A stretch of DNA of 64,000 nt from a virus (IMGVR_UViG_3300001765_000035:16012-80011); one strand, 5' to 3'. Numbered from the stretch's first letter, positions 48,522 to 57,065 are shown. Notes: generated from the letters alone by a model not told the origin. Made by a program: numbers and translations.

Positions 48522-48776
48522 TTAATTACAGCCATAGGTATTACAGCCTGTATCATAAGTACTATCATACAGGTTGTCATCCATAGCGTTATCGTCTTCG
48601 TCTACACCTTGGTAGCTTCCATCTGGTGCCATTTCGTAGTCGTCACCTTCTACGTAACTTCCATCAGGTGTAAGTACATAGTCATCACCTTGTACATAGC
48701 TTCCATCCGGAGCTAGAGTATAATCCTGAGCTGATGCAATAATGCACAATGTAAGTAGTGTTATTAATGTTTTCAT
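48522..48776 (-). CDS. secreted tandem-repeat peptide (84 aa; start at MKTLITLL)
   Basis: Signal peptide; three 13-aa repeats DYxLxPDGSYVxGDDY; Cys-pair C-terminus; AAGGAAA SD; ATGA overlap with upstream gene stop. Confidence 0.55.
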   Translation of the reverse strand: MKTLITLLTLCIIASAQDYTLAPDGSYVQGDDYVLTPDGSYVEGDDYEMAPDGSYQGVDEDDNAMDDNLYDSTYDTGCNTYGCN

Positions 48777-49237
48777 AGAACAAATTTTCCTTTGTTGATC
48801 ATATGGCAAATTTCTACTGCACAACTATATGTCATGTACGTTACTCCAAATACAATACGATTTTGTATATAATCATAAGATACCATCCCATCAGGATAAA
48901 TATAAATATAGTAATTCAACTTTCCAAATTCAAACTCTTTCAGCCCGCCTAACTGTTCAGCTAAAGCGTGTAATCTAGCTGTCCTAGTAAGTAATGCAAG
49001 TTTATCTTCCGCCACTTTTTGAGTAATCGCATACCTTCCTCGATAATTAATAGATTCATTATCCCCAACGAACTTTGGGATAACCACACCTGTATTGAAA
49101 TCAACTACATATGTTTCATTTTTTGGGTATTTAAATTCAAATAATTTAAACTTTTTATCCGCTTCAATTTTAGCTATTTGCTCAGCTGTTAGAGTAATCT
49201 CTGTATCAATCCCATTTATTTCTACTGTTATTTTCAT
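48773..49237 (-). CDS. hypothetical protein (154 aa; start at MKITVEING), paralog of 41638..42153
   Basis: AAGGAG SD before the internal Met; N-terminal motif shared with the paralog. Confidence 0.55.
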   Translation of the reverse strand: MKITVEINGIDTEITLTAEQIAKIEADKKFKLFEFKYPKNETYVVDFNTGVVIPKFVGDNESINYRGRYAITQKVAEDKLALLTRTARLHALAEQLGGLKEFEFGKLNYYIYIYPDGMVSYDYIQNRIVFGVTYMTYSCAVEICHMINKGKFVL

Positions 49238-49238
49238 T

Positions 49239-49415
49239 TTACTCCTTTGTAAATTTAGTATTGAAAGCTTTAAGCCCATAGGTCATTGTTTTACCTTTAT
49301 CAGTCTCAACTGTAATCCAGGTTGCTGCTTCTGTATGATCCACTTTAATAACAGTAACAATGCTGTTCCCGTCTTTATAAGTATCTCCTACTTCGATTTC
49401 TTTAACTTGTTTCAT
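49239..49415 (-). CDS. small protein (58 aa)
   Basis: Hand-translated MKQVKEIEVGDTYKDGNSIVTVIKVDHTEAATWITVETDKGKTMTYGLKAFNTKFTKE; AAAGGAAAG SD. Confidence 0.4.
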   Translation of the reverse strand: MKQVKEIEVGDTYKDGNSIVTVIKVDHTEAATWITVETDKGKTMTYGLKAFNTKFTKE

Positions 49416-49424
49416 TACTTTCCT

Positions 49425-49586
49425 TTAGATTTTAAGTATATTTTTACCGCTACCCAGTGGATATATTATACCACGTAGCTTTTGTAGAGATTCGATAGCC
49501 TGTACTAATGCTACATACGTTGCATTTTCATACATTACACCAATAACATGGTAGTTATTTCTATCATTCTCCAATGCTTTGATCAT
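49425..49586 (-). CDS. small protein (53 aa; start moved to MIKALEND)
   Basis: Listed 83-aa ORF overlaps the upstream gene by 77 nt; internal Met has a GAAGGT SD and removes the overlap. Confidence 0.35.
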   Translation of the reverse strand: MIKALENDRNNYHVIGVMYENATYVALVQAIESLQKLRGIIYPLGSGKNILKI

Positions 49587-49599
49587 AATGTTAATACCT

Positions 49600-49878
49600 T
49601 CAGTTGTCACAGTAATACTCCTTCGTAGTTTCATCTGCATACAGCAGTAACGTTTTAAGTGCTTGGTTATACACAATCACAGCTTTTGTTTTAGCAGTAA
49701 GCAAATCAGTATCCAATAACGATAGCAATAACCTATCAGCTTGTTCAGTTGGAGTATCATCAGGATGCCCTACCAAGATATTACTATCTAAGATTGGTTG
49801 TCTGACAAATGTATAAGCTTGTTCTAGAAACACTACATGAGGTCCTATAGTGATTTCTTTATCCATATTTATTCGCAT
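49600..49878 (-). CDS. hypothetical protein (92 aa)
   Basis: ORF. Confidence 0.45.
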   Translation of the reverse strand: MRINMDKEITIGPHVVFLEQAYTFVRQPILDSNILVGHPDDTPTEQADRLLLSLLDTDLLTAKTKAVIVYNQALKTLLLYADETTKEYYCDN

Positions 49879-50016
49879 TACTATTCCTTTTCACCCATAA
49901 GTGTGCACATAAACTCTGTAGTTTCTGCTTCAGTAGCTTTACAGTACTTACCACAGGTTCTACCTTCGTCATCCCATTCTTTAAGTATCATCAGTACCAT
50001 ACCACATAATGTCTTT

Positions 50017-50439
50017 TTAAAATAGTATCTCATCCTCTTCCTCTTCATTACTGTATATAGTTGTATTAAGCCTTTGTAGCGTATTCACGTGTAATACTTC
50101 TACCTTTTCTGCATATCCATCCACGAATTGTACTTGCTTAGCTAATATATGTGCATATCTGATTGGTACTTTATACTTAACCAATCGATAGTCTAACTCT
50201 TCTAACTTTTTCCTATCCTGTAGGTTAAACCATTGTTGATAATGTGAAAGAGACACGAAACCATGTCTAACATCTTCATCGTCTACGTCTGAAGCATCTA
50301 AGAAGTAAGAGAATCGTCTATACTTCTCATGTACAGGTGTTGGATGTGTATGTCTATTGTTATGATGCCTAAAGGTAAACGCATGTCCTCCTTGATAAGG
50401 ACCATAGCCCTCTTTGTTCTCTACTCTGTAGACAAACAT
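50017..50439 (-). CDS. hypothetical protein (140 aa)
   Basis: ORF. Confidence 0.5.
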   Translation of the reverse strand: MFVYRVENKEGYGPYQGGHAFTFRHHNNRHTHPTPVHEKYRRFSYFLDASDVDDEDVRHGFVSLSHYQQWFNLQDRKKLEELDYRLVKYKVPIRYAHILAKQVQFVDGYAEKVEVLHVNTLQRLNTTIYSNEEEEDEILF

Positions 50440-50449
50440 GTAACCCTCC

Positions 50450-50692
50450 TTAAGTAGTTAAGATTAAGATTTCATCTAAACCATATAGTTTAGCTAATTC
50501 CGTAGCTTCTTTATCCTTACAGTTTACAGCATATACAAAATCTGATACTAAGCTAAAGCTAGACTCAGCTAATACTGTTTTAGGTATTGCTCTACAGCTT
50601 TTATGCCTTGCGATAAACACCGGATTAGTAGCTGTATTAAGTCTACCATGACTGTCTGTATACAAATATATATATTTATCACAGTTGTTCAT
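50450..50692 (-). CDS. hypothetical protein (80 aa)
   Basis: ORF. Confidence 0.45.
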   Translation of the reverse strand: MNNCDKYIYLYTDSHGRLNTATNPVFIARHKSCRAIPKTVLAESSFSLVSDFVYAVNCKDKEATELAKLYGLDEILILTT

Positions 50693-50861
50693 TACTATCC
50701 TTTAGTAGTGTTCTTCAGAATCATCATCATCTGATAATTGTTTTTCCCATGATTCTACATAAGCATATGCTTCATCCCAAAGCTTAAGTTCCTTAACCGT
50801 CTTAGCACCACAAGCAATAGCTTGTTTAAGTTGTTCATGTGTCATTGTATTCCTTTAGTAG

Positions 50862-51056
50862 TTATGACATTAGATACTGACATACAGCATCTTGTATATC
50901 TTCTTCGTTGATAACAGAAGGCTTAATGATAGTGTAATCATCTGACATATATGCATAGTCTGATATGTCTCCGCTAAAGCACCATGTGCCATTAGGCCAC
51001 ACTGCAATAGATACCTCTATTCGTTCTTCTTCGTCGATTTCTACAAGTGTAGCCAT
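50862..51056 (-). CDS. hypothetical acidic protein (64 aa)
   Basis: ORF. Confidence 0.4.
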   Translation of the reverse strand: MATLVEIDEEERIEVSIAVWPNGTWCFSGDISDYAYMSDDYTIIKPSVINEEDIQDAVCQYLMS

Positions 51057-51148
51057 TGTATCTCCTTTAGCGTGTAGTAGTGTATGTTAAGATTTAAGAT
51101 TTGATTAAGGTTGAATTAATCGTAGAGAGTGATAGTTGTTGTGTAGAG

Positions 51149-51613
51149 CTAGAAAGCATCTATGGTATTATTTCGCTTGTCTATCTCGATAACTAAAGTT
51201 GTTATGAATTGCTGTAGTTCAGTGATGTACTGATCAATATCTGGATCTCCGATACCAGCTGTTGCTCTCGTCTCTGCACCCATTACTTGGGCACCTGCTA
51301 TAAGGTATTCCAATTCGTCTACCGTATACATTACCAATACGTCTTCACCGTATCCATGTTCCATCAAGTATGATGCTGTGCTTTCCGCTGTTTCTATCTG
51401 CATAAGATTTCCTTTAGTAGTTCTGGCTATGCCATCTGCAACGATATTAATTATAACACTGCAGTTTAGCTTATCTTCGAAGTAAGCTTTAGCCTTGTAG
51501 TTTAGCCAGTCGTTACCGACTTCACCTAACCATTGGCAATCCTCTACGTTATTATTGTCTGCCCATATGGCATCTGCTGTACCATCAGCTACGAATATGT
51601 TTACGATTATCAT
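51149..51613 (-). CDS. hypothetical protein (154 aa)
   Basis: ORF. Confidence 0.5.
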   Translation of the reverse strand: MIIVNIFVADGTADAIWADNNNVEDCQWLGEVGNDWLNYKAKAYFEDKLNCSVIINIVADGIARTTKGNLMQIETAESTASYLMEHGYGEDVLVMYTVDELEYLIAGAQVMGAETRATAGIGDPDIDQYITELQQFITTLVIEIDKRNNTIDAF

Positions 51614-51829
51614 TGTCTGCCTTCTCTCTTGTAGCGTTCTCTCTTCTGCCAGAATTATAGCTAAGGCCTAAGCCTTAACCATTGATGATCTACCCTTGAT
51701 CTTAGCGTTGAGCCTAGCCACTGCTGACTTGCTAATAACTAACGTAGACTCAGGAACCATTGCTGATCCCAGTTGCTCTGACGTCTTAGTGCCAGTGTAC
51801 TTAAGTGAAACTCTTCTCATAAAATCCTC

Positions 51830-52186
51830 CTATAGATTTCTGAATGATCTGATTAACTCTTTCTGAGTAACAGCTTTATCGTACTGGTCTATGTCAATAG
51901 AGGTCTTGTTATAAAACTTAATCTCTTCCTGAATCTGCTCAGTCTCAAGCATTTCAATACGTCTGTTACCCATACGTGCTGCTGTCTCTACCGTGTCGAA
52001 AAGTCCGTAGTATGCTGCGATTGCTGCGATTATGATTATAAGTAGTGCGATATCCATTGTATTCTCCTTCGATGGTAAGTCATCACCTGTAAGTATTAGT
52101 CTGTGGCCTCTAGCTAACAAGCCAACATACCAAAGCATAAGAAAGAAAGTGACGGAAATGAAGGAGGAACGGTCGAGAGAAACCAA
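51830..52186 (-). CDS. membrane protein (118 aa)
   Basis: Hydrophobic segments. Confidence 0.45.
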   Translation of the reverse strand: MVSLDRSSFISVTFFLMLWYVGLLARGHRLILTGDDLPSKENTMDIALLIIIIAAIAAYYGLFDTVETAARMGNRRIEMLETEQIQEEIKFYNKTSIDIDQYDKAVTQKELIRSFRNL

Positions 52187-52235
52187 CTGAAAGGTATAGA
52201 AGGTATAGAAGATGGTTTCTCTCGATTCCGGTGTA

Positions 52236-52283
52236 ACAAAAAAAGCCGTAAAGGCTACAGCTTAAGCTGTAACCTTTCTACGG
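52236..52283 (-). terminator. intrinsic terminator for the 52255..52509 transcript
   Basis: Minus-strand hairpin ccgtagaaaggttacagctt/aagctgtagcctttacgg (perfect 16-bp palindrome core tacagcttaagctgta) followed on the minus strand by a U7 run; overlaps the stop codon. Confidence 0.55.
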
Positions 52284-52509
52284 TGCCTGTACCTGTGGCA
52301 GCATTGACACACGCCCAAGCTAACTCGTTTAGCTTTACGTAAGAGCCTGTTGCCTCGCCCACCTGTCTGAGCAAAGGTTTGACCTTGGCTGCAGCAATCT
52401 GGTAGTTCTTACCATCATTGTCAATCAATTCTTGTTTGAAATCTTGATTCTGCTCTACTAGAGCACACGCTACTTCGTCAATCGTTAGTAGTACTTTCTT
52501 CTTTGCCAT
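52255..52509 (-). CDS. hypothetical protein (84 aa), first gene of the leftward block
   Basis: ORF next to divergent intergenic region. Confidence 0.5.
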   Translation of the reverse strand: MAKKKVLLTIDEVACALVEQNQDFKQELIDNDGKNYQIAAAKVKPLLRQVGEATGSYVKLNELAWACVNAATGTGTVERLQLKL

Positions 52510-52559
52510 GTGGAATCCTTTAAGTTTGATTTATCATAGCACTAGTAAAAAAGGAGGCT

Positions 52560-53100
52560 CCACCGTAGTATACGGGGGGGTACTGCTTTGCTTAGCGCCC
52601 TAGCAGTCTATATTACACAGCTACAAATTTTTTAAAAATTCCCTACATGAGGCTGCCTCTTCACTTCTATCCTATAGCTATGTTACCGCTGCATATGCAT
52701 CTACAAGTATCTTCTGCATATCGGTATAGAATCTACCCTAGTGTTACCTTGGTAGTTGCTACATCGTAGTTGCCTCTCTCTCCTACCTACCCCCTGTAGG
52801 CTGAGTGCTGTCATATGCATGTGTAGGTCCTAAGACCGTAACATGTATTGACTAGCGAAGTCTGAGGAACGGAGTTCCGAATAGTATCGTTTAAGTTTCG
52901 TTTAAGCAATTGGATAAAAATATCCAGTGTATAAAAAATATATATATTATATATTATATAAAATATCCAATGACTAAAAAATATTATATATTTCCTATAT
53001 GTGTAGGATACTTTAAGGATAGTCTTAGGATATTACTAGTATAATTTTAATGGTTAAGGAGTAGTGAGATTTAACAAGTTATCAACTAATAGAGAAAGGA
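52560..53100. promoter_or_regulatory. divergent intergenic control region
   Basis: Strand switch. GC-richer 5' part with hairpins: cctacctaccccctgtagg, ggaacggagttcc. G7 run 52575-52581. catatgcat x2 at 52692 and 52812. Perfect palindrome tggataaaaatatcca 52911..52926, with a further atatcca at 52963. gtttaag x2. AT-rich 3' part. Confidence 0.5.
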
Positions 53101-53285
53101 TAACCAATGAAGAATCTATACAAGACCGTGATACAAGGTTTACTTATTTTACTTATTATAATAGCTGTAGTGTTTGGAGGTAGCCATGATGATGGTCACC
53201 CGGAACATAATAATATTGTTAAGATAGTAAAATGTAAGAAAGATAAAGGTAAGAAAGATGATGAAAATGGTACTAAAGAGTAACA

Positions 53286-53990
53286 ATGTATGAGATAGAT
53301 GAGTTAGCTAGTATTGTAGCTATGGCTAATGAGTATGAGCAGCTAGCACTTACTGAAGATATACGACAGAATGGACAGCGTGATGCTGCTGTTCTGTGGC
53401 ATGGTAAGATAGTTGATGGTAGATGTAGACAACTTGCTTGTATGACTATTGGTGTAGATCTACTTGTTATAGAATTAGATAGTAGTTTATCCCGAGAAGA
53501 AGTAGCTAGTATTGTTAAGTCGTTAAATACAAGACGTAACCTTACACCTACACAGAAGATGATGAGTGCTTATAAGGAACAAGAGGTTAGTGGTAAGTCT
53601 AATGAATATACGTCTAAGGCTTGGGGTATACCGCTAGGTTCATATAAGAATGCTAGGTATGTAGCTACTAATAAGCCTGATGTAGTCGAACCTTTGTTTA
53701 ATGGAAAAAGTGTTATGATATTTGATCCGGATAAGGGGAGAGATATAACTACTGATAAGATCAATACTCTTGCTAGGATTATAAAGAAGACTGAAGAGAT
53801 GGTATCATTGATAGTTGATAATAGTGAGAGGATAACATTCTCTGTTGATTCTTGGATCAAAGCAGAAGAAGGTAAGAAGTGGTACTATAGTAAGATGCAT
53901 AGCTTACAGATACCTGAAGAAGATATAGAGGTACGTATGGATTACGTTGAGTTAGCAAATTTTAAATTTAGATTAAAGGATATGAGTTGA
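53286..53990 (+). CDS. ParB N-terminal-domain (ParB/Srx-like nuclease) protein
   Basis: IRQNGQRDAAVLWHGKIVDGRCRQLAC matches the ParB box (G..P..V...G...DGR.R..A); 234 aa; first plus-strand gene after palindromic sites. Confidence 0.5.
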   Translation: MYEIDELASIVAMANEYEQLALTEDIRQNGQRDAAVLWHGKIVDGRCRQLACMTIGVDLLVIELDSSLSREEVASIVKSLNTRRNLTPTQKMMSAYKEQEVSGKSNEYTSKAWGIPLGSYKNARYVATNKPDVVEPLFNGKSVMIFDPDKGRDITTDKINTLARIIKKTEEMVSLIVDNSERITFSVDSWIKAEEGKKWYYSKMHSLQIPEEDIEVRMDYVELANFKFRLKDMS

Positions 53991-54157
53991 AAGAAGAAAC
54001 TGTAGAAGTAAATGTAAGTAAGGTTAAGTGTGATAACTGTGGTAAGGAAGTTAGTATAATAGATGGATATACATACTTTGGTGTACTATGTTTTAAATGT
54101 TCACAGAATAATAACGCTATGAGTAAAGAGATAATTAAGGATATGATCAATGACTAA
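53987..54157 (+). CDS. small zinc-ribbon protein (56 aa, TTG start)
   Basis: Hand-translated ..KCDNCGKEVSIIDGYTYFGVLCFKCSQNNNAMSKEIIKDMIND. AAAGGA SD 7 nt before the TTG. Overlaps neighbours at both ends. Confidence 0.25.
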   Translation: MKEETVEVNVSKVKCDNCGKEVSIIDGYTYFGVLCFKCSQNNNAMSKEIIKDMIND

Positions 54158-54617
54158 AGAAGTAATGAAGAGAGCAGTACTGCTAATGTTTGAAGAAGGT
54201 ATCCAGCGTGTTACTAATAAAATAGATGACGTAAAGGATATAAGGGAATTAGTACCTTTATATGAAGAAGCTGTAGAAGTAATTAAAGATACGGTTAGGC
54301 AATTGGATAAGTTAGAAGGTAAAGAAGAAGTTGTAGAGAAACATACGCCTACTGCTCCTTGGATTATATCTACTAAAGATCACTTAATATTTTATACTAA
54401 ATGTAAAGAATGCGGTAGAGATCAGAAGTATGTTACACAGAATAGTTTAATGTTAGTATGTAAGTATGGACACGGTAGTGATAGAAGTAGTATGCCTACA
54501 CCTATTAACTGTGCAGAAAGTAAAACTATAGAGTATCCATGTCTGCACGATAACGTAAAGCCTGGTACTATTACAAGTATCTCCTGTACATGTCCTAGAT
54601 GTTCTCCTAGATGTTAA
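54150..54617 (+). CDS. Cys-rich hypothetical protein (155 aa)
   Basis: CKECGRD ... CTCPRCSPRC zinc-binding-like motifs. Confidence 0.5.
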   Translation: MTKEVMKRAVLLMFEEGIQRVTNKIDDVKDIRELVPLYEEAVEVIKDTVRQLDKLEGKEEVVEKHTPTAPWIISTKDHLIFYTKCKECGRDQKYVTQNSLMLVCKYGHGSDRSSMPTPINCAESKTIEYPCLHDNVKPGTITSISCTCPRCSPRC

Positions 54618-54627
54618 GGAGGACAGT

Positions 54628-55062
54628 GTGTTTAGTGCGAAAGGTAAAAAGTTCAAAGGCGATAGTAAGTGTAGAAATAAAACTATAAGCAAAGAAGAGC
54701 GTAAAATAAAACATATAAAGAAAGAGTCTGAGAAACAGTATCATAGAACGGCTACTGCTAGAGAACATATAGGTAAGTTCTGTAATAAACAGGTAGAGTG
54801 TAATGCTAAGCTTAAAACATTTAAGTCTAACGATCCCTTTGCTCCATGTCTATTACAGAATGTACATATAAACGGTGAGTATGTAGACCATATATGGGTT
54901 ACGTTTGATATAGCTGATAGACGTAAGTTGAAGCTATGTAAGCTTGGGTATAGAATATACTTTATAGCAGAAGTAAAAGAGTACTATAAAAGATATGATA
55001 GAGAAGTTGAGATTAAGTGTGGGTTAAAGAGTATTAAACTAGTTACAGAGTATACTGTTTAA
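54628..55062 (+). CDS. basic Cys-containing hypothetical protein (144 aa)
   Basis: ORF. Confidence 0.5.
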   Translation: MFSAKGKKFKGDSKCRNKTISKEERKIKHIKKESEKQYHRTATAREHIGKFCNKQVECNAKLKTFKSNDPFAPCLLQNVHINGEYVDHIWVTFDIADRRKLKLCKLGYRIYFIAEVKEYYKRYDREVEIKCGLKSIKLVTEYTV

Positions 55063-55121
55063 ATAGGTATAAAGGTATATTATGATATACTTAAAGTAAT
55101 ATTAAGTATAGAGGGGTATAG

Positions 55122-55346
55122 ATGGAAGGGTTAGCAAAGATGTCAACCGGAGAGTATTACTACCAAGGAGCAAAGATATCAGAGGCAGAAGCAAATAAGC
55201 TGCAAGGTACTAAGCCGGTAGTAACACCGCCTAAGCCTACAGTAAAGACTGCACCTAAGCCTGATATACTAAAGCAAGCACAAGCAGATGCTATAGACAG
55301 AGAGAAGACCTATTCTAATGGGTTAGCTGGAATGTTAGGTATATAG
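55122..55346 (+). CDS. hypothetical protein (74 aa) with GLAGML motif
   Basis: ORF; shares GLAGML with the next gene. Confidence 0.45.
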   Translation: MEGLAKMSTGEYYYQGAKISEAEANKLQGTKPVVTPPKPTVKTAPKPDILKQAQADAIDREKTYSNGLAGMLGI

Positions 55347-55347
55347 T

Positions 55348-55860
55348 ATGAGTGATAAGGTACAAATAAAGGCACCTAAACCGGCTAATAACAAGGATAA
55401 CATAGTAGTTAAAGGATTTCATTCAGCTGCTACTAATCCAACAGAGGATGAACTGCTGAGCGTTAAAGCACAAGTACCTATAACAGATAACTTCGGACTA
55501 GCAGCTAAAGCCTTTCAAGGCAGGTTTCATAACTTCCAAAACCTAGATAGGGATAAGTTCTTAGAGGGTAGGTTTGGTGCAAACTACAGAATAGATCCTG
55601 GTACTGTAGGTGTAGGTATTAGTAAAGAACAATTTAATGAGTATAATCCTAAGACTATGGTGGATGCTGGTATAGACTTAAATAAGGTAGGAACGTTTAA
55701 TATAAAACAAAATGTTAATGATCCTAGAGAAACTGTATATGGTTACAGTAAAGATATCCCTATAGATGGCTTGGCCGGAATGTTACAACTAAAGGCTGAT
55801 TACAATACTAAGCTAGGTACTCCAGAATATGCTGGAATAAATTTCACTAAACACTTTTAA
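55348..55860 (+). CDS. hypothetical protein (170 aa) ending in an aromatic residue (OMP-like C-terminus)
   Basis: C-terminal ...GINFTKHF; alternating-polarity segments. Confidence 0.45.
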   Translation: MSDKVQIKAPKPANNKDNIVVKGFHSAATNPTEDELLSVKAQVPITDNFGLAAKAFQGRFHNFQNLDRDKFLEGRFGANYRIDPGTVGVGISKEQFNEYNPKTMVDAGIDLNKVGTFNIKQNVNDPRETVYGYSKDIPIDGLAGMLQLKADYNTKLGTPEYAGINFTKHF

Positions 55861-56125
55861 TACAAGGTATGTTTAAGGAAACACAAGATATACTTTTAAA
55901 ATATAAATACAAACTTTAAGAAAGGAACCAATATGAGAACTACAACTACATCTACTTCTACTCAGCATCTACATGATTGGTTCCAGGATAGTTATTCGTA
56001 CAATGAAACGAATAATTATTTTATCCTCTAGGATTATTTCTTAAAGAACTACACAAGTTTTTTGAGAAGTAATTCTCAGAAGACATTCACTTAATTACTT
56101 CACTTTTTTAATATACATAATGTAT

Positions 56126-56200
56126 TGCATTGTAGGACAATGGTAGTCCACCTCGCTGTTAACGAGTATGTTGTAGGTTCGAGTCCTACCAATGCAGCCA
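56126..56200 (+). tRNA. tRNA-Asn (GUU)
   Basis: Acceptor tgcattg/caatgca, D ggac/gtcc, anticodon loop cTGTTAa, T-arm gtagg-TTCGAGT-cctac, encoded CCA. Confidence 0.75.
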
Positions 56201-56202
56201 AT

Positions 56203-56278
56203 CTATTCTAAGCTAACTAGGTAGAAGCGCTAGTCTGAAACGCTAGAGGATGTGGTTCGATACCACAAGAATAGGCCA
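56203..56278 (+). tRNA. tRNA-Phe (GAA)
   Basis: Acceptor ctattct/agaatag, anticodon arm ctagt-cTGAAAc-gctag, T-arm tgtgg-TTCGATA-ccaca, CCA. Confidence 0.7.
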
Positions 56279-56287
56279 TATACAAAT

Positions 56288-56363
56288 GATACTGTAACTC
56301 AATGGTTAGAGTACTTCCCTGTCACGGAAGAGGTTGTGGGTTCGAGTCCCATCAGTATCGCCA
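56288..56363 (+). tRNA. tRNA-Asp (GUC)
   Basis: Acceptor gatactg/cagtatc, anticodon arm cttcc-cTGTCAc-ggaag, T-arm gtggg-TTCGAGT-cccat, CCA. Confidence 0.8.
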
Positions 56364-56365
56364 AT

Positions 56366-56441
56366 GCCGGATTAGCTCAATTGGTAGAGCAGTTGTTTTG
56401 TAATCAGAAGGTTAGGAGTTCGAATCTCCTATCTGGCTCCA
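56366..56441 (+). tRNA. tRNA-Thr (UGU)
   Basis: Acceptor gccggat/atctggc, D gctc/gagc, loop tTTGTAa, T-arm aggag-TTCGAAT-ctcct, CCA; anticodon stem weak (G27-A43 as in E. coli Thr). Confidence 0.6.
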
Positions 56442-56444
56442 TTT

Positions 56445-56520
56445 GCTCGGTTGGCGGAACGGCATACGCACTTGTCTTAGGAACAAGCTATTGAAGGTTC
56501 GAATCCTTCACCGAGTACCA
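56445..56520 (+). tRNA. tRNA with anticodon UAG (Leu-decoding) but type-I length
   Basis: Acceptor gctcggt/accgagt (G1-U72), anticodon arm cttgt-cTTAGGa-acaag, T-arm gaagg-TTCGAAT-ccttc, CCA. Confidence 0.55.
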
Positions 56521-56528
56521 AAATTAAT

Positions 56529-56612
56529 GTAGAGTAAAAGTCGATCGGATTCGGCAGCGAGGCTGTAAACCTCGTCTTTAATGGGGTGGTTCGAGTCCAC
56601 TATTCTACACCA
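56529..56612 (+). tRNA. tRNA-Tyr (GUA), type II
   Basis: Anticodon arm cgagg-cTGTAAa-cctcg, long variable arm, T-loop TTCGAGT, acceptor gtagagt/attctac, CCA. Confidence 0.7.
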
Positions 56613-56615
56613 TAT

Positions 56616-56691
56616 ATATGTCTAGCTCAAATGGTAGAGCGACGGATTCCAAACTCGTAGGCTGTGGGTTCGATTCCTACGACATATGCCA
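56616..56691 (+). tRNA. tRNA-Trp (CCA)
   Basis: Acceptor atatgtc/gacatat, D gctc/gagc, loop tTCCAAa, T-arm gtggg-TTCGATT-cctac, CCA. Confidence 0.7.
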
Positions 56692-56698
56692 ACTATAA

Positions 56699-56773
56699 GG
56701 TTCATTCGACTATCGGTAAGGTCATCAGGTTTTCATCCTGAAGAGAGGAGTTCGATTCTCCTATGAACTACCA
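56699..56773 (+). tRNA. tRNA-Glu (UUC)
   Basis: Anticodon arm tcagg-tTTTCAt-cctga, T-arm aggag-TTCGATT-ctcct, CCA. Confidence 0.75.
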
Positions 56774-56783
56774 TAATAATTAT

Positions 56784-56858
56784 TGCGTTGTAGCCAAGTG
56801 GTAAGGCATCGGTCTTTGATACCGACATTCGCAGGTTCGAACCCTGCCAGCGCATCCA
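56784..56858 (+). tRNA. tRNA-Gln (UUG)
   Basis: U1-A72 acceptor tgcgttg/cagcgca, D gcc/ggc, anticodon arm tcggt-cTTTGAt-accga, T-arm gcagg-TTCGAAC-cctgc, CCA. Confidence 0.8.
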
Positions 56859-56863
56859 ATTTA

Positions 56864-56947
56864 GGAGAGTGCCGTCAAGGTGGCAAAGCTGGTTTGAACC
56901 CAGTGGTACGGTTAAACGTAGGATTTCGATTATTCCACTCTCCTCCA
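56864..56947 (+). tRNA. tRNA-Ser (UGA), type II
   Basis: Acceptor ggagagt/actctcc, anticodon arm gctgg-tTTGAAc-ccagt, long variable arm, CCA. Confidence 0.7.
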
Positions 56948-56984
56948 TACTATTACAGTAAAGCTCTTAATGTAGATTTTTACT

Positions 56985-57061
56985 GTGGCAGTAGCCCAAT
57001 GGTTAGAGGCGGTAGGTTGTGAACCTACTTGTTGCGAGTTCGAGTCTCGTCTGTCACCCCA
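56985..57061 (+). tRNA. tRNA-His (GUG)
   Basis: Anticodon arm gtagg-tTGTGAa-cctac, T-arm gcgag-TTCGAGT-ctcgt, acceptor gtggcag/ctgtcac, C73, CCA. Confidence 0.7.
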
Positions 57062-57065
57062 TACT

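Noticed and set aside
56252-57022. Listed ORFs 56252..56494, 56733..56948 and 56783..57022
   Set aside because: They lie across the tRNA array. Their translations are tRNA sequence read as protein.
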